NCBI RefSeq assembly: GCF_006345805.1
Contig: NW_021835056.1
Location: 1 to 42,899, forward strand
Length of the DNA: 42,899 nt
Reading direction: 5' to 3'
DNA from: Octopus sinensis
Lineage: Eukaryota
Part shown: positions 1 through 12,239 of the stretch, in pieces
How positions within the stretch are numbered: position 1 is the stretch's first letter
Layout of the letters: each line of letters begins with the position of its first letter
Made by a program: the position numbers and the translations under genes
The notes under the pieces: generated by a model
What the model was told of the DNA's origin: nothing
Databases searched by the model: none
Seen by the model: the letters and a program-made list of their open reading frames with translations, nothing else

Positions 1-1582
1 TGTATAAATTTTTGTATGTCGTACGTGTGTGTATGTTGTGGGTTTCTAATTACATTAGTAAACCGTTGTGTGTGTGTGTGTGTGTGTATGTTATGTGTAC
101 TTATGTGCAACGTTGACGCAAGAAATCTCTGTTCGTTCAAAGATTATTTTTATACATTACTAAATGTTCATTAAAATCGCTGTGTTTACATTACATGTAG
201 TATGTCAATTACTTTCAGGTTTTAGCTCTTGAAGATTGAACTTATTCCTGGAGTATTTAATTGCTGCCGCCCTGCCAAGGAATTTATTACTTTCCTTGTC
301 AAATATCTCAATAGTGCGTCCCACTACTTCTTTTCTTTTCAACATTTCTATTTATTAAAGTTTAATACATAGGTAGGCTGGCGGCCAATTTATTTTTCAA
401 ATCTCTCCTGCATTACGATTTCTCCGCCAGCTTCTCATTTCTAATTTTTGCAAATCTCGATTCTTTAATGAGTTCTCTAAGAATGAGATGTTCTATCATA
501 CAATCTCTGTTTTACTATCTTTGGAAATGAAGCTATTCAGTCAAGAATCTGCTCATTCCGTATCTGCTCAGAATTCTCGATATGATAGATATTCAAGCCG
601 ATCAGCCTCGAAGTAATACACCCGAGTACTTCTACAGTTACATATGCGTGCGTGTATGAAAAAATAATATATATATTTCCGTTGGGAAAAATGGAAGGGT
701 TGTTTTACGTTTCGAGCCTATGCTCTTCGCATATAGAAATAAGGAGCATAAACGGATAGAGAGTGAAAAAAAGTAAACGAGACAGTAAAGCCGTGTAGAG
801 TTCAGCAGTCCACATGTGAGACGACTATAAAAAACAGAGGATGAAAGCGAAATAATATGGCGACCCGAATGAACTGAGGTGCGCAAATGTGTCTGTGTTT
901 GTGAGAATGTGAGTGTATGTGCGAATGTGAGCGAACGAGTTGACGTGTGTGTGTGTGCGTGTGTAAAATGTATATATGTGTGTTTCTCTATGACCAAAAA
1001 GTGTGCATGTGTATAGTGTATGTTTGTGGGTAAAATTTATCTTTCTTTATGCATGTTGCGTGTGTTCATGCGTGTTGCGTGTGTGTGTATATATATTGTC
1101 TGTGTTCAGGTACTATGTGCTTGTGTGGTTGTGGGAGTGTGCATGATTCTAGACATCTCTATCGGTAGGAAACTAATGGTAACCCTTTTCACCTACAAAT
1201 AACGAATACTTATCCATCAATGCCTTGTTGGGTACATAATGTTATTTACTGCATCTCCTCAATGGAAGATTTATAATGATTAAAAAATAGAAGCGACATA
1301 CATACAAACATACATAAGCAATTTGCAAATTCAGTATCCAGGATACACTTTCAGCTTCGTACCTATTATTATTGGGAAAACAGGATACATACAAACACGT
1401 CAGCAGCAACAGTGGGGCTGAGCTTGTGATCTTGAGGAGAGAATATGGTAAAAATGATCACGATATCTGGGGCTACAAAAATCTGCAAGACCTTAATATT
1501 TAACGGGTGATGATTAAAGCAAGATGCTTTCCGTTACAACCTTGTTACCAAGTAGGTAGCTGGTCAAAATTTACTCTAACAC

Positions 1583-1637
<55 letters not shown>

Positions 1638-1653
1638 ATATATACATACATAA

Positions 1654-1797
1654 GCACAGGCGTAGCTGTGTTGTAAGAAGTTAGCTTCCCAACCATATGG
1701 TTCCGGGTTCCGTCCCACTGTGTGGCACTTTGACCAAATCCTTTGGTATAGCCTCGGGCCGATCAAAGCCTCGTGGCTGTATTTGGTAGACGGAAAC
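1654..1797 (+). mobile_element. SINE family A, 5' head only (tRNA-derived)
   Basis: gcacaggcgtagctgtgttgtaagaag...ggttccgtcccactg...gtagacggaaac matches the head of the full copy at 4445-5022; A/B-box-like motifs. Confidence 0.75.
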
Positions 1798-1854
1798 ATA
1801 TCTGGGGCTATAAATATTAAGAAGGACTTGCAGATTTTTATAGCCCCCGATATC

Positions 1855-2257
1855 GAGCTGTGAAAAACGTTAACACGCCGGGCAAAATGCTTGGCGGTAT
1901 TTCATCTGTCGCTATGTTTTGAGTTCAAATTCCACCGAGGTCGACTTTGCCTTTCATCCTTTCGGGGTCGATTAAATAAGTACCAATTACGCACTGGGGT
2001 CGATATAATCGACTTAATCTGTTTGTCTGTCTATATTTGTCCCCTCTGTGTTTAGCCCCTTATGCGTAGTAAAAGAATAGGTATTTCGTCTGCCGTTACG
2101 TTCTGAGTTCAAATTCCGCCAAGGTCAACTTTGCCTTTCATCCTTTCCGGAGTCGGTAAATAAAGTACCAGTTACGCACTGGGGTCGATATAATCGACTT
2201 AATCCCTTTGTTTGTCCCCTCTGTGTTTAGGCCCTTGTGGGTAGTAAAGAAATAGGA
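1855..2257 (+). mobile_element. SINE family B, head-to-tail partial dimer
   Basis: Two bodies (gagttcaaattcc...gtagtaaa(a)gaa(a)tagg); the second restarts at ggtatttcgtctgcc, as in copies at 15066 and 30165. Confidence 0.85.
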
Positions 2258-2272
2258 AACATATATATGTGC

Positions 2273-2315
<43 letters not shown>

Positions 2316-2319
2316 TGTG

Positions 2320-2710
2320 AGTGTATCTATCTTCACAACCACCCATCCCACCACCAACGCTTAACAACCGATGCTGGTGTGTTTACGTCCCTGCAAATCT
2401 AGCAGTTCGGCAAAAGAAATCGATAGAATTAGAAAGAATAATTTCTTACACAGTATAAGTTCTGAGGTCGATTTCTTCGACTAAAACCCCTTTAAGGCAA
2501 TGCTCCAACATGGCCGCAGTCAAACGACTGAATCAAGTTCTGAGGTCGATTTCTTCGACTAAAACCCCTTTAAGGCAATGCTCCAGCATGGCCGCAGTCA
2601 AACGACTGAATCAAGTTCTGAGGTCGATTTCTTCGACTAAAACCCCTTTAAGGCAATGCTCCAAAATGGCCGCACTCAAACGACTGAATCAAGTCAAAGA
2701 ATACAAGAAT
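2320..2710 (+). mobile_element. SINE family A, 3' half with triplicated terminal module
   Basis: caaccgatgctggtgtgtttacgtccc...gttcggcaaaaga body followed by three 78-bp copies of the 3' module. Confidence 0.8.
2457..2694. repeat. 3 x 78 bp tandem repeat
   Basis: Unit aagttctgaggtcgatttcttcgactaaaacccc...gactgaatc starts at 2457, 2535 and 2613. Confidence 0.95.
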
Positions 2711-2894
2711 ACATACATGAACACAAATATATACACATAGACACATATAATCTATTTATACCAGTCTATTACTTAATTTTAAGTGTCTGAATTTTAATTC
2801 ACCCAACACCATTTTTATTTCCTCTTATCTCTTCTCGCATCTCACGATTCAATTATTTTGTCCATGCTTTTGTTGTTCATGATGTAATACGTTC

Positions 2895-3575
<681 letters not shown>

Positions 3576-3623
3576 AACCTTTTCACTTCATTAAGTTCCA
3601 ATTTAGTCTTTTACAAATGAATA

Positions 3624-3654
<31 letters not shown>

Positions 3655-4444
3655 ATATGTTATGTGCATGTGTGTGTGTGTGTATATATATCTAAACATA
3701 TTTATGTAATTAAGTATTGCTTAATTTTTCCGCTTTTGGGGGTTTGTTTGTTTGTTTGTTTGTTTGTTTTCTTTCCTTGTCTCTTTCATCTTTATTTTCC
3801 ACTTCGTACCTAATTTAATCAAATATTTTCGTTTCCGAATGAAATACCTCAACTCCCATGCACATCCCCCCCCCCCACATACACACAGTAACAAACACAC
3901 ACACGCATACACACACGTACGTGCACGCACGCATTCGCTACTCAATATATGCGTCTAGAGAGGATCTTGTACTTTTTTCTTTGTTGATTATTTTTTTTTT
4001 GTATGAGGTGAGGGTCACGTCGGGGGTGTTCTTATATCTTTTATTATTTCATTTATTCATTTTGATTTTTGCCTTGTTTTCTTTGTTTTTTTTGTTTTTT
4101 CTTTATTTTCCAAACATTCCTTTTGTAATTTGTATTAGCTTGTTTACTTTATCTCTTCGTTTGTTTGATATTTTTTATTCGCTTGTTGTTTTTAATTTAA
4201 TTTTTTTATTTATTTTACTTTGTTATTGCCGTGCCGCGATTATCATCGATGTTGTATTTCTTGCCGCCATAGTTGTTGTTATTGAGGTTTTTATTCTACG
4301 CTGCCGCTTTTATTGATGTTGTTTGGTTGCAATTCAACCATGATAGACTAAACCAACTATCAAAAATATTTCAACCTTGAATATCCCATCCTGTCCCTTT
4401 ATAGTTTCTATTCAGACACAGTCTATCTAACAAAATACATAATA

Positions 4445-4679
4445 GGCGTAGGAGTGGCTGTGTGGTAAGTAGCTTGCTTACCAACCACGTGGTTCCGGGT
4501 TCAGTCCCACAGTGTGGCACCTTGGGCAAATGTCTTGTACTATAGCCTCGGGCCGACCAAAGCCTTGTGAGTGGATTTGGTAGACGGAAACTGAGAGAAG
4601 CGCGTCATATATATGTATATATACATATATATATATACATATACATATATATATATAAATATAATTTTGTATATATATA

Positions 4680-4710
<31 letters not shown>

Positions 4711-4729
4711 GTGTGTGTGTGTGTCTATG

Positions 4730-4761
<32 letters not shown>

Positions 4762-5022
4762 TGTATGTATGTATGTATGTATGTATGTATGTATGTATGT
4801 GTGTGTATATGTTTGTGTGTCTGTGTTTGTCCCTCCAGCATCGCTTGTCAACCGATGCTGGTGTGTTTACGTCCCCGCATCTTAGAGGTTCGGCAAATGA
4901 ACCGATAGGATAAGTACTAGGCTAACAAAGAGTAAGTCCTGGGGTCGATTTTCTCGACTAATGGCGGTGCTCCAGCATGCCCATAGTTAAATGACCGAAA
5001 CAGGTAAATGAGTAAAAGAGTA
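4445..5022 (+). mobile_element. SINE family A, full length with expanded internal AT/GT/ATGT microsatellite
   Basis: tRNA-like head ggcgtaggagtggctgtgtggtaag...ggttcagtccc, internal microsatellite, tail ...gaaacaggtaaatgagtaaaagag; many copies in the window. Confidence 0.9.
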
Positions 5023-5312
5023 ATGTGAGTTCCTTTTCATTTTTAAAACGCGGCAATATCATGTGATACGATGGAGAATTGGCTGCTAGTTCATGTAAAC
5101 AGAATGACCCGGTTAAGTTTCTTCTGCGCCGAGTTAAGTTTGTTCAAGCAGATTCATAATCAAAGGCTTCCCAACCGAGACAATCACGGAAATTCGAATG
5201 CCCAAGAATTCACCATCCACTAAATTCTCCTGGTTTGACTTTTAGAAAAGCTAGAACAGTGCCCAGAGTTTCACTCGTCATCGTCGTCGTTATTGTTGTT
5301 TTTGTTGTTGCT

Positions 5313-5345
<33 letters not shown>

Positions 5346-6339
5346 GCTTAACAGTAACAAGACGGGTAAGTGTTATTAGGTAATGGTCTTGGGCTTAAGG
5401 GCGGTAGAACCCAGACCTTGGAAAAGAAAAGAAAAAAAAACTTTGGTCGTCTTGTTGTAGTCGAGGACTCTCCGTTGACGCCCGACACCACTGAGAGGTG
5501 CCCCTGGAAGTCGCTGGAAATGAAGATCTCCAGGTCCAAATTCTTGGACGGCTGCTGTTGTTGTTGATGTTGATGTTGTTGTTGATGACGATGACGATGA
5601 TGAGGATGAAGATGATGATGACGTTACTCTTTCTGTTGCAGCTACATTTGTTGTCGCTACTGTTGTTTTTGTTATTGTTCTTGTTACTGCCAGTACTATT
5701 GCTGTAGTTGTTACCGTTGCCTTTTTGTTGTTGTTGTTGTTACTGTTGTTGTTACTGCTAATGCTGCTGCTGTTCTTGTTATTGCTGCTGCTACTCTCTT
5801 TGTGACCATTTTCTGTTTCTGCTTAATATTCTTCAAGAACCCAGTTACTGTTTCGTTGTTGACAATCACTAATCAACAATCATTTACAAACGAACTGATC
5901 TCATCGAGATATTTTTAATAATCCCGGAAAATCTACAAAAATTTCTTCTCCTCAAAATTTCCAACTTAATTATAAACATACATGTTTTTTTTTAATATAC
6001 TTTTAACTTGTTATATTTCAACATATTTAATTATAATTTCCCTCGTCCTTTTTTTTAATATTTTAATACATAATCATTTAATATAATTGTTTTCATCTAA
6101 TTGTAGACTGGAACATTTTTCTTACCATTAATATTGTCATTGGTTTGGCAAGGTTATCAGAGTAGCAGAGCAAATAATGCCATATTTGTTTTGATTGTTT
6201 ACGTTCAGATTTCAAATTTCGTCGTGTTCAATTTTGTTTTCGATTCTTCCAGAAACGATAATGAAGACATGTAATAAGATGTATGGTTCCGACTAACTTC
6301 TAGCATATAGAAATGTTGGTCTCGAATTAGAAGCCAAAG

Positions 6340-8072
6340 ACGCAATGCCTCATAGGAATATTGGGAAAACAACCTGGCATAGGTGAAGCTGCGAGAGCTT
6401 TCGATGCGGTCGATTATCAATACTTGACATCTGTCCTCAATGCGGCCACTTTCGGATCCGTCTTCAGAAGCAGAATCGCTGCAAGATAAGGTGACTTGTA
6501 CCCAGTGTTCAGAATAAATGGCTACTTCTCAGAATCCTTCTGTATCAAGCGATTGAGCAGTCAAAATACCTTTTTGTACGTATTTACACTAGTTCTACTG
6601 CTGCAATACAGAAGATCTATATTTGCATATGTGAACGACAAAAACTTTATACTGTCAAACACATCGAAGTGGTCAGATATTGACTGGAGCTAGAGTTAAG
6701 CAAGTGAATTCGTTTGGTCTGTAATCAGGTACCTGGAAAAGGCAGGTCAATACCGCCCAACTGAGTCGTAGGATACTCAACAGACCGGTTAAATTAATTG
6801 GGGTTTGGTATAGTTCGACTTTGACCTATAGTTAGACAAGAACTGAGAAGAAACGACGAGTAGGGTGGCTAATTTTACCCAGAAATGGGCTAATAGGAAA
6901 CTATCCCTGAATGGACAGGTGAATGTAGCAAATGTCTATATTGCAACCGTCATTTACTATCATCTAACCGTTGTGTCTTACTCCGTATCATGTCTAACCA
7001 GAATGGAGCGCCTGCTCTTCTACTGTCTATGAAGGAATGTGCATTCCACAGGTTAGGTGTTTCACTTAGTGTCAACATCTGCAGCATGGAAGACAGTGCA
7101 TACCATGGCAAATGATGTGCAGACATGGGCTGATACTACAATATCTCCCGGGTTTCCTAGAAGGAGAGTGTATCTTGTCGAATTTTGATAAACGCGCTTT
7201 TCCGAAGCTTGTTTCTTTGGTAGAGCTGCAGTCCTGGATCAAGTTTAGACCAAGGATCTAGAGTACTGTCACGGGCTCGTAGCCCTCAGCTAGTCGGGCA
7301 ATGCTATCTATAAATGTTCCACAGTGGCTTTCTATAGTGGATTTGTGGTGCTGACGAGTGACGACGTCCAAGGAAAAACCTAGGCGTCGATGAAATTTAA
7401 GCGACAGGTCTTTTCCGGACGACTTTGAGACAGTGACCCACGGAGAGTTTCCACGAATCCCTTGCCTAGCAGAGGGATAAAACTCCATAAGCATGGGGGT
7501 GCTGTCAGCCGCGCTTGCCCGAGATGCACGCAGAGCGCCCAAACCGTCCAGCACGCACTCATGCAGTGCTTGAACGTTGCGGACATATAGATTTGTGTCG
7601 AACAGCAGTTATGTACTGTATGACGTTCGATCCATCTTGAAGTTTTATCCATTGCTCACTTGTAGCTGGGAAGTGCAGTCAGTTTTCCTGTGACTGTAAT
7701 GAATAAAGTTTGAATGGTGGATGCGACTGGAAGGACAAACACATTCCTTTACAGGCAAGCCTTCATCAGTATTTTCAAGTTTCACTAGGAAAGAAAAAAA
7801 TTGTTGGAATATGGGTGAATGTAGCGAGGATGGCACGAGTGAAAGAATTTACTCTAATCAGGGGCCTATAAACTGAGTAATATGGAAAACAGTGGAGCAC
7901 TTGTCATGGTAATCCTTGTGAATAGGGATCTGAAGGCTTCCCATATTTCCTCTGGGAAGCGATTGCTCATATTGAGGGAATATATTTGTTAGAATTTTTG
8001 GTAAATGCTACTGTCATATTATTTTGTTTTTTAATGATCTTCGTGGTCCTTGTGACCAATAAAATGGAATAT
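6340..8072 (+). mobile_element. Decayed non-LTR retrotransposon, L1/Tx1-like ORF2 (RT to C-terminal zinc knuckle)
   Basis: Translatable remnants: ARAFDAVDYQYLTSVL at ~6391 (KAFDxVDH motif), AYVND at 6625-6639 (YADD position), QKWANRKLSLNGQ at ~6880, CPRCTQSAQTVQHALMQC at 7516-7569 (CCHC). Stop at ~7871, AATAAA near 8058, then a (TAA)n tail. Many stops and frameshifts. Confidence 0.8.
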
Positions 8073-8073
8073 A

Positions 8074-8140
<67 letters not shown>

Positions 8141-8193
8141 TTAATAATAATAATAATAAAATTAATAATAATAATAATAACAACATCAACAAC

Positions 8194-8244
<51 letters not shown>

Positions 8245-8326
8245 TATTATTATTATTAATATTATTATTATTATTATTATTATTATCATTATTATTATTA
8301 TTATTATCATTATTATTATTATTATT
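8073..8326. repeat. (AAT)n followed by (ATT)n, palindromic microsatellite
   Basis: Directly visible; orientation switches at ~8243. Confidence 0.95.
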
Positions 8327-8364
8327 AAAGTAAAAACTTTAGAGTGTCAAAAAATAATGGTCTG

Positions 8365-8497
8365 TCAGGTATTTTATTTTATCAACTCCGAAAGGATGAA
8401 AAGTAAAGTTAACCTTGGTGGTATTTGCACTCAGAGCGGAAATACCCAGAAGAAAAGCTATTTTGTCTGACGTGCTAACGTTTCTACCAGCTCGCCA
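8365..8497 (-). mobile_element. SINE family B, degenerate
   Basis: ccgaaaggatgaaaagtaaagttaacc...gctaacgtttctaccagctcgccac. Confidence 0.7.
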
Positions 8498-9057
8498 CGT
8501 CAATACAAATAATAACAAAAATACAAATGATATACCCTGATGCAGTACCAAGCAGTGACTCTCATGATTTCTCACCTTAACTGATTGGAAGTGTTATCAT
8601 GTACATTGTTTTGACTTGGTATAAAAGATGGGCTACAGCAAATATTCTGCTCAATATTCTGCTTGTCAGTTGTTTGGTTTTAACCAATTGAGCATGTTCC
8701 TTAGGGGCTGACGATATGTGCATCTCTGATCACGAACAGAATTAGTGGGAGGAACATCATAGTGATGTGTTGAGAGAAATTGTTTGGGGTTTGAATAATT
8801 CCTCTTTGGAAACATGTGTGTTTTGTTCAACATTCTTAAACAACCCTTATTCAAAGGCCATTTAAGCATGATGGGCTACTCGCCTTGCGGAATATTCTAA
8901 CGTGGACTCAACTGGAAGGTCATGGGCTATTTATCTTGATATGAGATCACTATGTAGCGCACGTATGAATGTGATGCATGTGTCTGGTGTACCCTTATCA
9001 GACGGGTAGTATTTTTACCTCAGTGTCACTTAGATGGCATGCACAGGTTTTTCTCTC

Positions 9058-9108
<51 letters not shown>

Positions 9109-9194
9109 AATAATAATAATAATAATAATATTAATAATAATAATAATAATTCTTTTCGTTATAGGCACAAAGTCTGAAATTCTGGGGAGGGAAC

Positions 9195-9380
9195 GAAACA
9201 CAGAGGGGACAAACAAGGACAGACAAACGGATTGAGTCGATTAAATCCACCCTAGTGCGTAACTGGTACTTATTTAATCGACCCCGAAAGGATGAAAGGC
9301 AAAGTCGACCGCGGCACATTTGAAATATCGCTAAGCATTTCGCCCGTCGTGCTAACGTTTCTGCCAGCACGCCGCCTTTT
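9195..9380 (-). mobile_element. SINE family B
   Basis: acacagaggggacaaacaagg...gaccccgaaaggatgaaaggcaaagtcgac...ctgccagcacgccgcc. Confidence 0.85.
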
Positions 9381-9405
9381 TATAATAATAATAATAATAA
9401 TAATA

Positions 9406-9441
<36 letters not shown>

Positions 9442-9576
9442 TAGCATTCAGTTTTGTTCCTATCAGATTTTGTCTCGGCTTCATCATCATCAGTAGTATC
9501 ATCAGCCTCGTCGTCGTTTGAGTTCCATATAATTATAATTTTCGCTCTGCGTATTCTTTTACCACTACTGTTACTG

Positions 9577-9629
<53 letters not shown>

Positions 9630-10019
9630 GCTGCTGCTGCTACTGCTACTACTACTACTACCATAATTATGATCACTATAATTCTCGCCTTTTCCTTTTA
9701 TTTCTTTTAAATACCTCCTGTGTCCTTTCACCCTTTCATGCACTTCCTGTTCATTTGACTTAAATCCCGATTAAGATGCAGTTATCTCCCTTTACGATCA
9801 AAGACATTTATGTCAAAACAGCAAGCGTCGCCATTTGTAAATGTTTCTCTACATGAAAGAGACTGTGACTGCAGCGATCATAAGAGACTAACTTTCTTAT
9901 TCAGACATTAACCTATAAAGAGAAGCAGAACAAACAGATTGTGAGAATTAACAGGAAGAGAAGGAGTTAGCTCGATTAAGTAAGGTCGATCAATGGATAA
10001 TGATTGAGAGAGCCAAAGA

Positions 10020-10052
10020 CAAAGAAAGAAAGAAAGAAGAAAGAAAGAAGGA

Positions 10053-10104
<52 letters not shown>

Positions 10105-10870
10105 GGGAAAGAAACAAAGAAAGAATAATTGAAAGAAGAAAGGCTGAAGGAAAGAAAGAAACGGAGAAAGGGAAAAAGAAATAGAGATTTAATGAACGAA
10201 AAGTATTCAAGATGGAAGAATGTAGGAAAGAAATGAGAGAGCGAGAAAGAAAGAAAAAGGGAATAGAGTTTCCAAGCGATATCTTAAGAGAGAATGAGAT
10301 TAAAAATAATTATGAAGTGAAGAGTAAAAAGAAAAATGCTTCAAAGGTGGAGGGGTGATCGTATGGAGGGAGACAGAGCAAGAAGAGGGAAGAAGAGAGA
10401 AGAAGAAGAAGAAGAAGATGCAAAGGAAGAAGAAGGAGAAGAAGAAGAAGAAGAAGGAAAGAAGGTGGTGGTGGAAGAGGAGGAGGAGGAGGAGAAGAAG
10501 AAAAAGTGAAGAAGAAGAAAAAGAAATGAAGAAGACGAAGAAGAAGAAGGGAAGAAGAAGAAGAAGAAGAAGAACGAAGGGAAGAAGAAGAAGAAGAAGG
10601 GAAGAAGAAGAAGAAGACGAAGAAGAAGGAGAAGAAGAAGAAGAAGAAGAAGAAGAAGAAGACGAAGGGAAGAAGGGAAGAAGAAGAAGAAGAAGAAGAA
10701 GAAGAAGAAGAAGAAGAAGAAGAAGAAGAAGAAGAAAGAAGAAGAAGACGAAGGGAAGAAGAAGAAGAAGAACAACAACAAAAACAAAAACAACAAGAAG
10801 GAGAAGAAGAAGATACGCAGCAAAGAATAACAAAGGAAGAGAAATAATAGAAGACCAAGAAAAAGAACTT
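10020..10870. repeat. Polypurine (AAAG)n / (GAA)n tract
   Basis: Directly visible. Confidence 0.95.
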
Positions 10871-11947
10871 GAAAAACTTCGAATAATTAAATAGAAAGAC
10901 GAGAAGGATTTAGAGAAATGAGAAACGATCGGAGTTAACACACACACACACCACACACACACACACACACAACGTAAGAGAATGAAAGGGATTGTCAAAA
11001 GCAGAAAGCCACAAGAAAAATATATAAAAATGAGCGAGATGAAGGAGAGAGAGAGAGAGATGAAGAGAATATTCGAGAGAGATGTTCAACGATAAGCGTA
11101 AACGATGAATGATAACGTGTTTAGTAAGTCAAGTGGAAATGTGAAGGAAAGACAGAGCTGGAATAAAAGAGAGTGTTTGAGATTAAAGATAAAGAGAGAT
11201 ATGATGTATGAAGAAGATAAAGATAGCAATTTAATAAAATAAATAAAATAAATAACAGATATGAATACATTTATTCAAATTATAAAAATAAACTTTACAA
11301 AATGAAAATAATTAATTCATATTTATGCGAAATAAAATTTAAAAAAAAAAGATCTAAAAAATAATTCTCTCCTTAACCTCATAAACGCAAATACACAAAT
11401 AAAAAAATGCAAATAAACACAGAGGTTGTTTATTTTATGGTCGTTTCTTAAGTTTAATATTTGATTTTTTGATTCCATCAATTTACATTAATTTACACAA
11501 ACATTTACGAAAAGCAACACTTGCAATTTTCTCTTTTCTTTTCCATTTTTGATTTTTTTTTGTTTTTGTTCTGTTTTTTTTTTAATTTTATTTTTAATAG
11601 GTTGTAGTTTGTATTCTGCCTGCCTTACCTCTCCTTTCCTTTATGTCCAAATAAATGCAGAAGAGAGGACAATGCACGCAGCGAGAAAACGAAGCAACTG
11701 AAATGCACACCAATAGCATGTGTGAATACACATGTATACGCCTATAGGCGCGAACACAGATATACATGTATACGTATGTAATATATGTATGTAGATGCAT
11801 ACATATATGTGTGTGTGTGTGTTTGTGTGTGTAGATATGTCTGTAAAGTAATGTATATATATATGTGTATATATATATATACATGTGTGTGTATGTATAT
11901 ATATATATGCATGTATATAAATATATGTAAGTTAATGTATGTGCATG

Positions 11948-11995
<48 letters not shown>

Positions 11996-12165
11996 TGAAA
12001 TATTTTATATTATAAAATATATACATATTTATATAAATATATATATATACATGCATACATTCATATATATATATTGATTGTGTCGTCCCTTTTCGTAACT
12101 GACATGTAGAGAAACGAAATGGTTTATAGTTATATATGTAAATGTAATATGTGACAATTATTCAG

Positions 12166-12239
12166 TAGCCATGATAAAACTCTGAGTTTCCGATGCCGAG
12201 GTGAAAAACCACGCAGCTATCTCTTCAGTTATCCGGCCA
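12166..12239 (-). ncRNA. Type I hammerhead ribozyme-like motif (one extra G before GAAA)
   Basis: Minus strand: UGGCC-G-GAUAA CUGAAGA GAU..AUC G GAAA CUC-A-GAGU U UUAUC-AU-GGCUA; stems I, II and III all pair. Confidence 0.7.

Noticed and set aside
210-640. Unique stretch with partial minus-strand reading frames
   Set aside because: Stops in all frames and no recognisable motif; it may be an old TE fragment but cannot be supported.
2457-2694. CRISPR-like appearance of regular repeats
   Set aside because: There are no unique spacers and no cas genes, and the context is a eukaryotic SINE.
2510-2740. 76-aa ORF with a 26-aa repeat
   Set aside because: It is a by-product of the 78-bp SINE tail triplication.
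7740-7780. Minus-strand CUGAUGA-AGGC/GCCU-GUAAA
   Set aside because: GAAA is broken, there are no stems I or III, and it lies inside LINE coding sequence.
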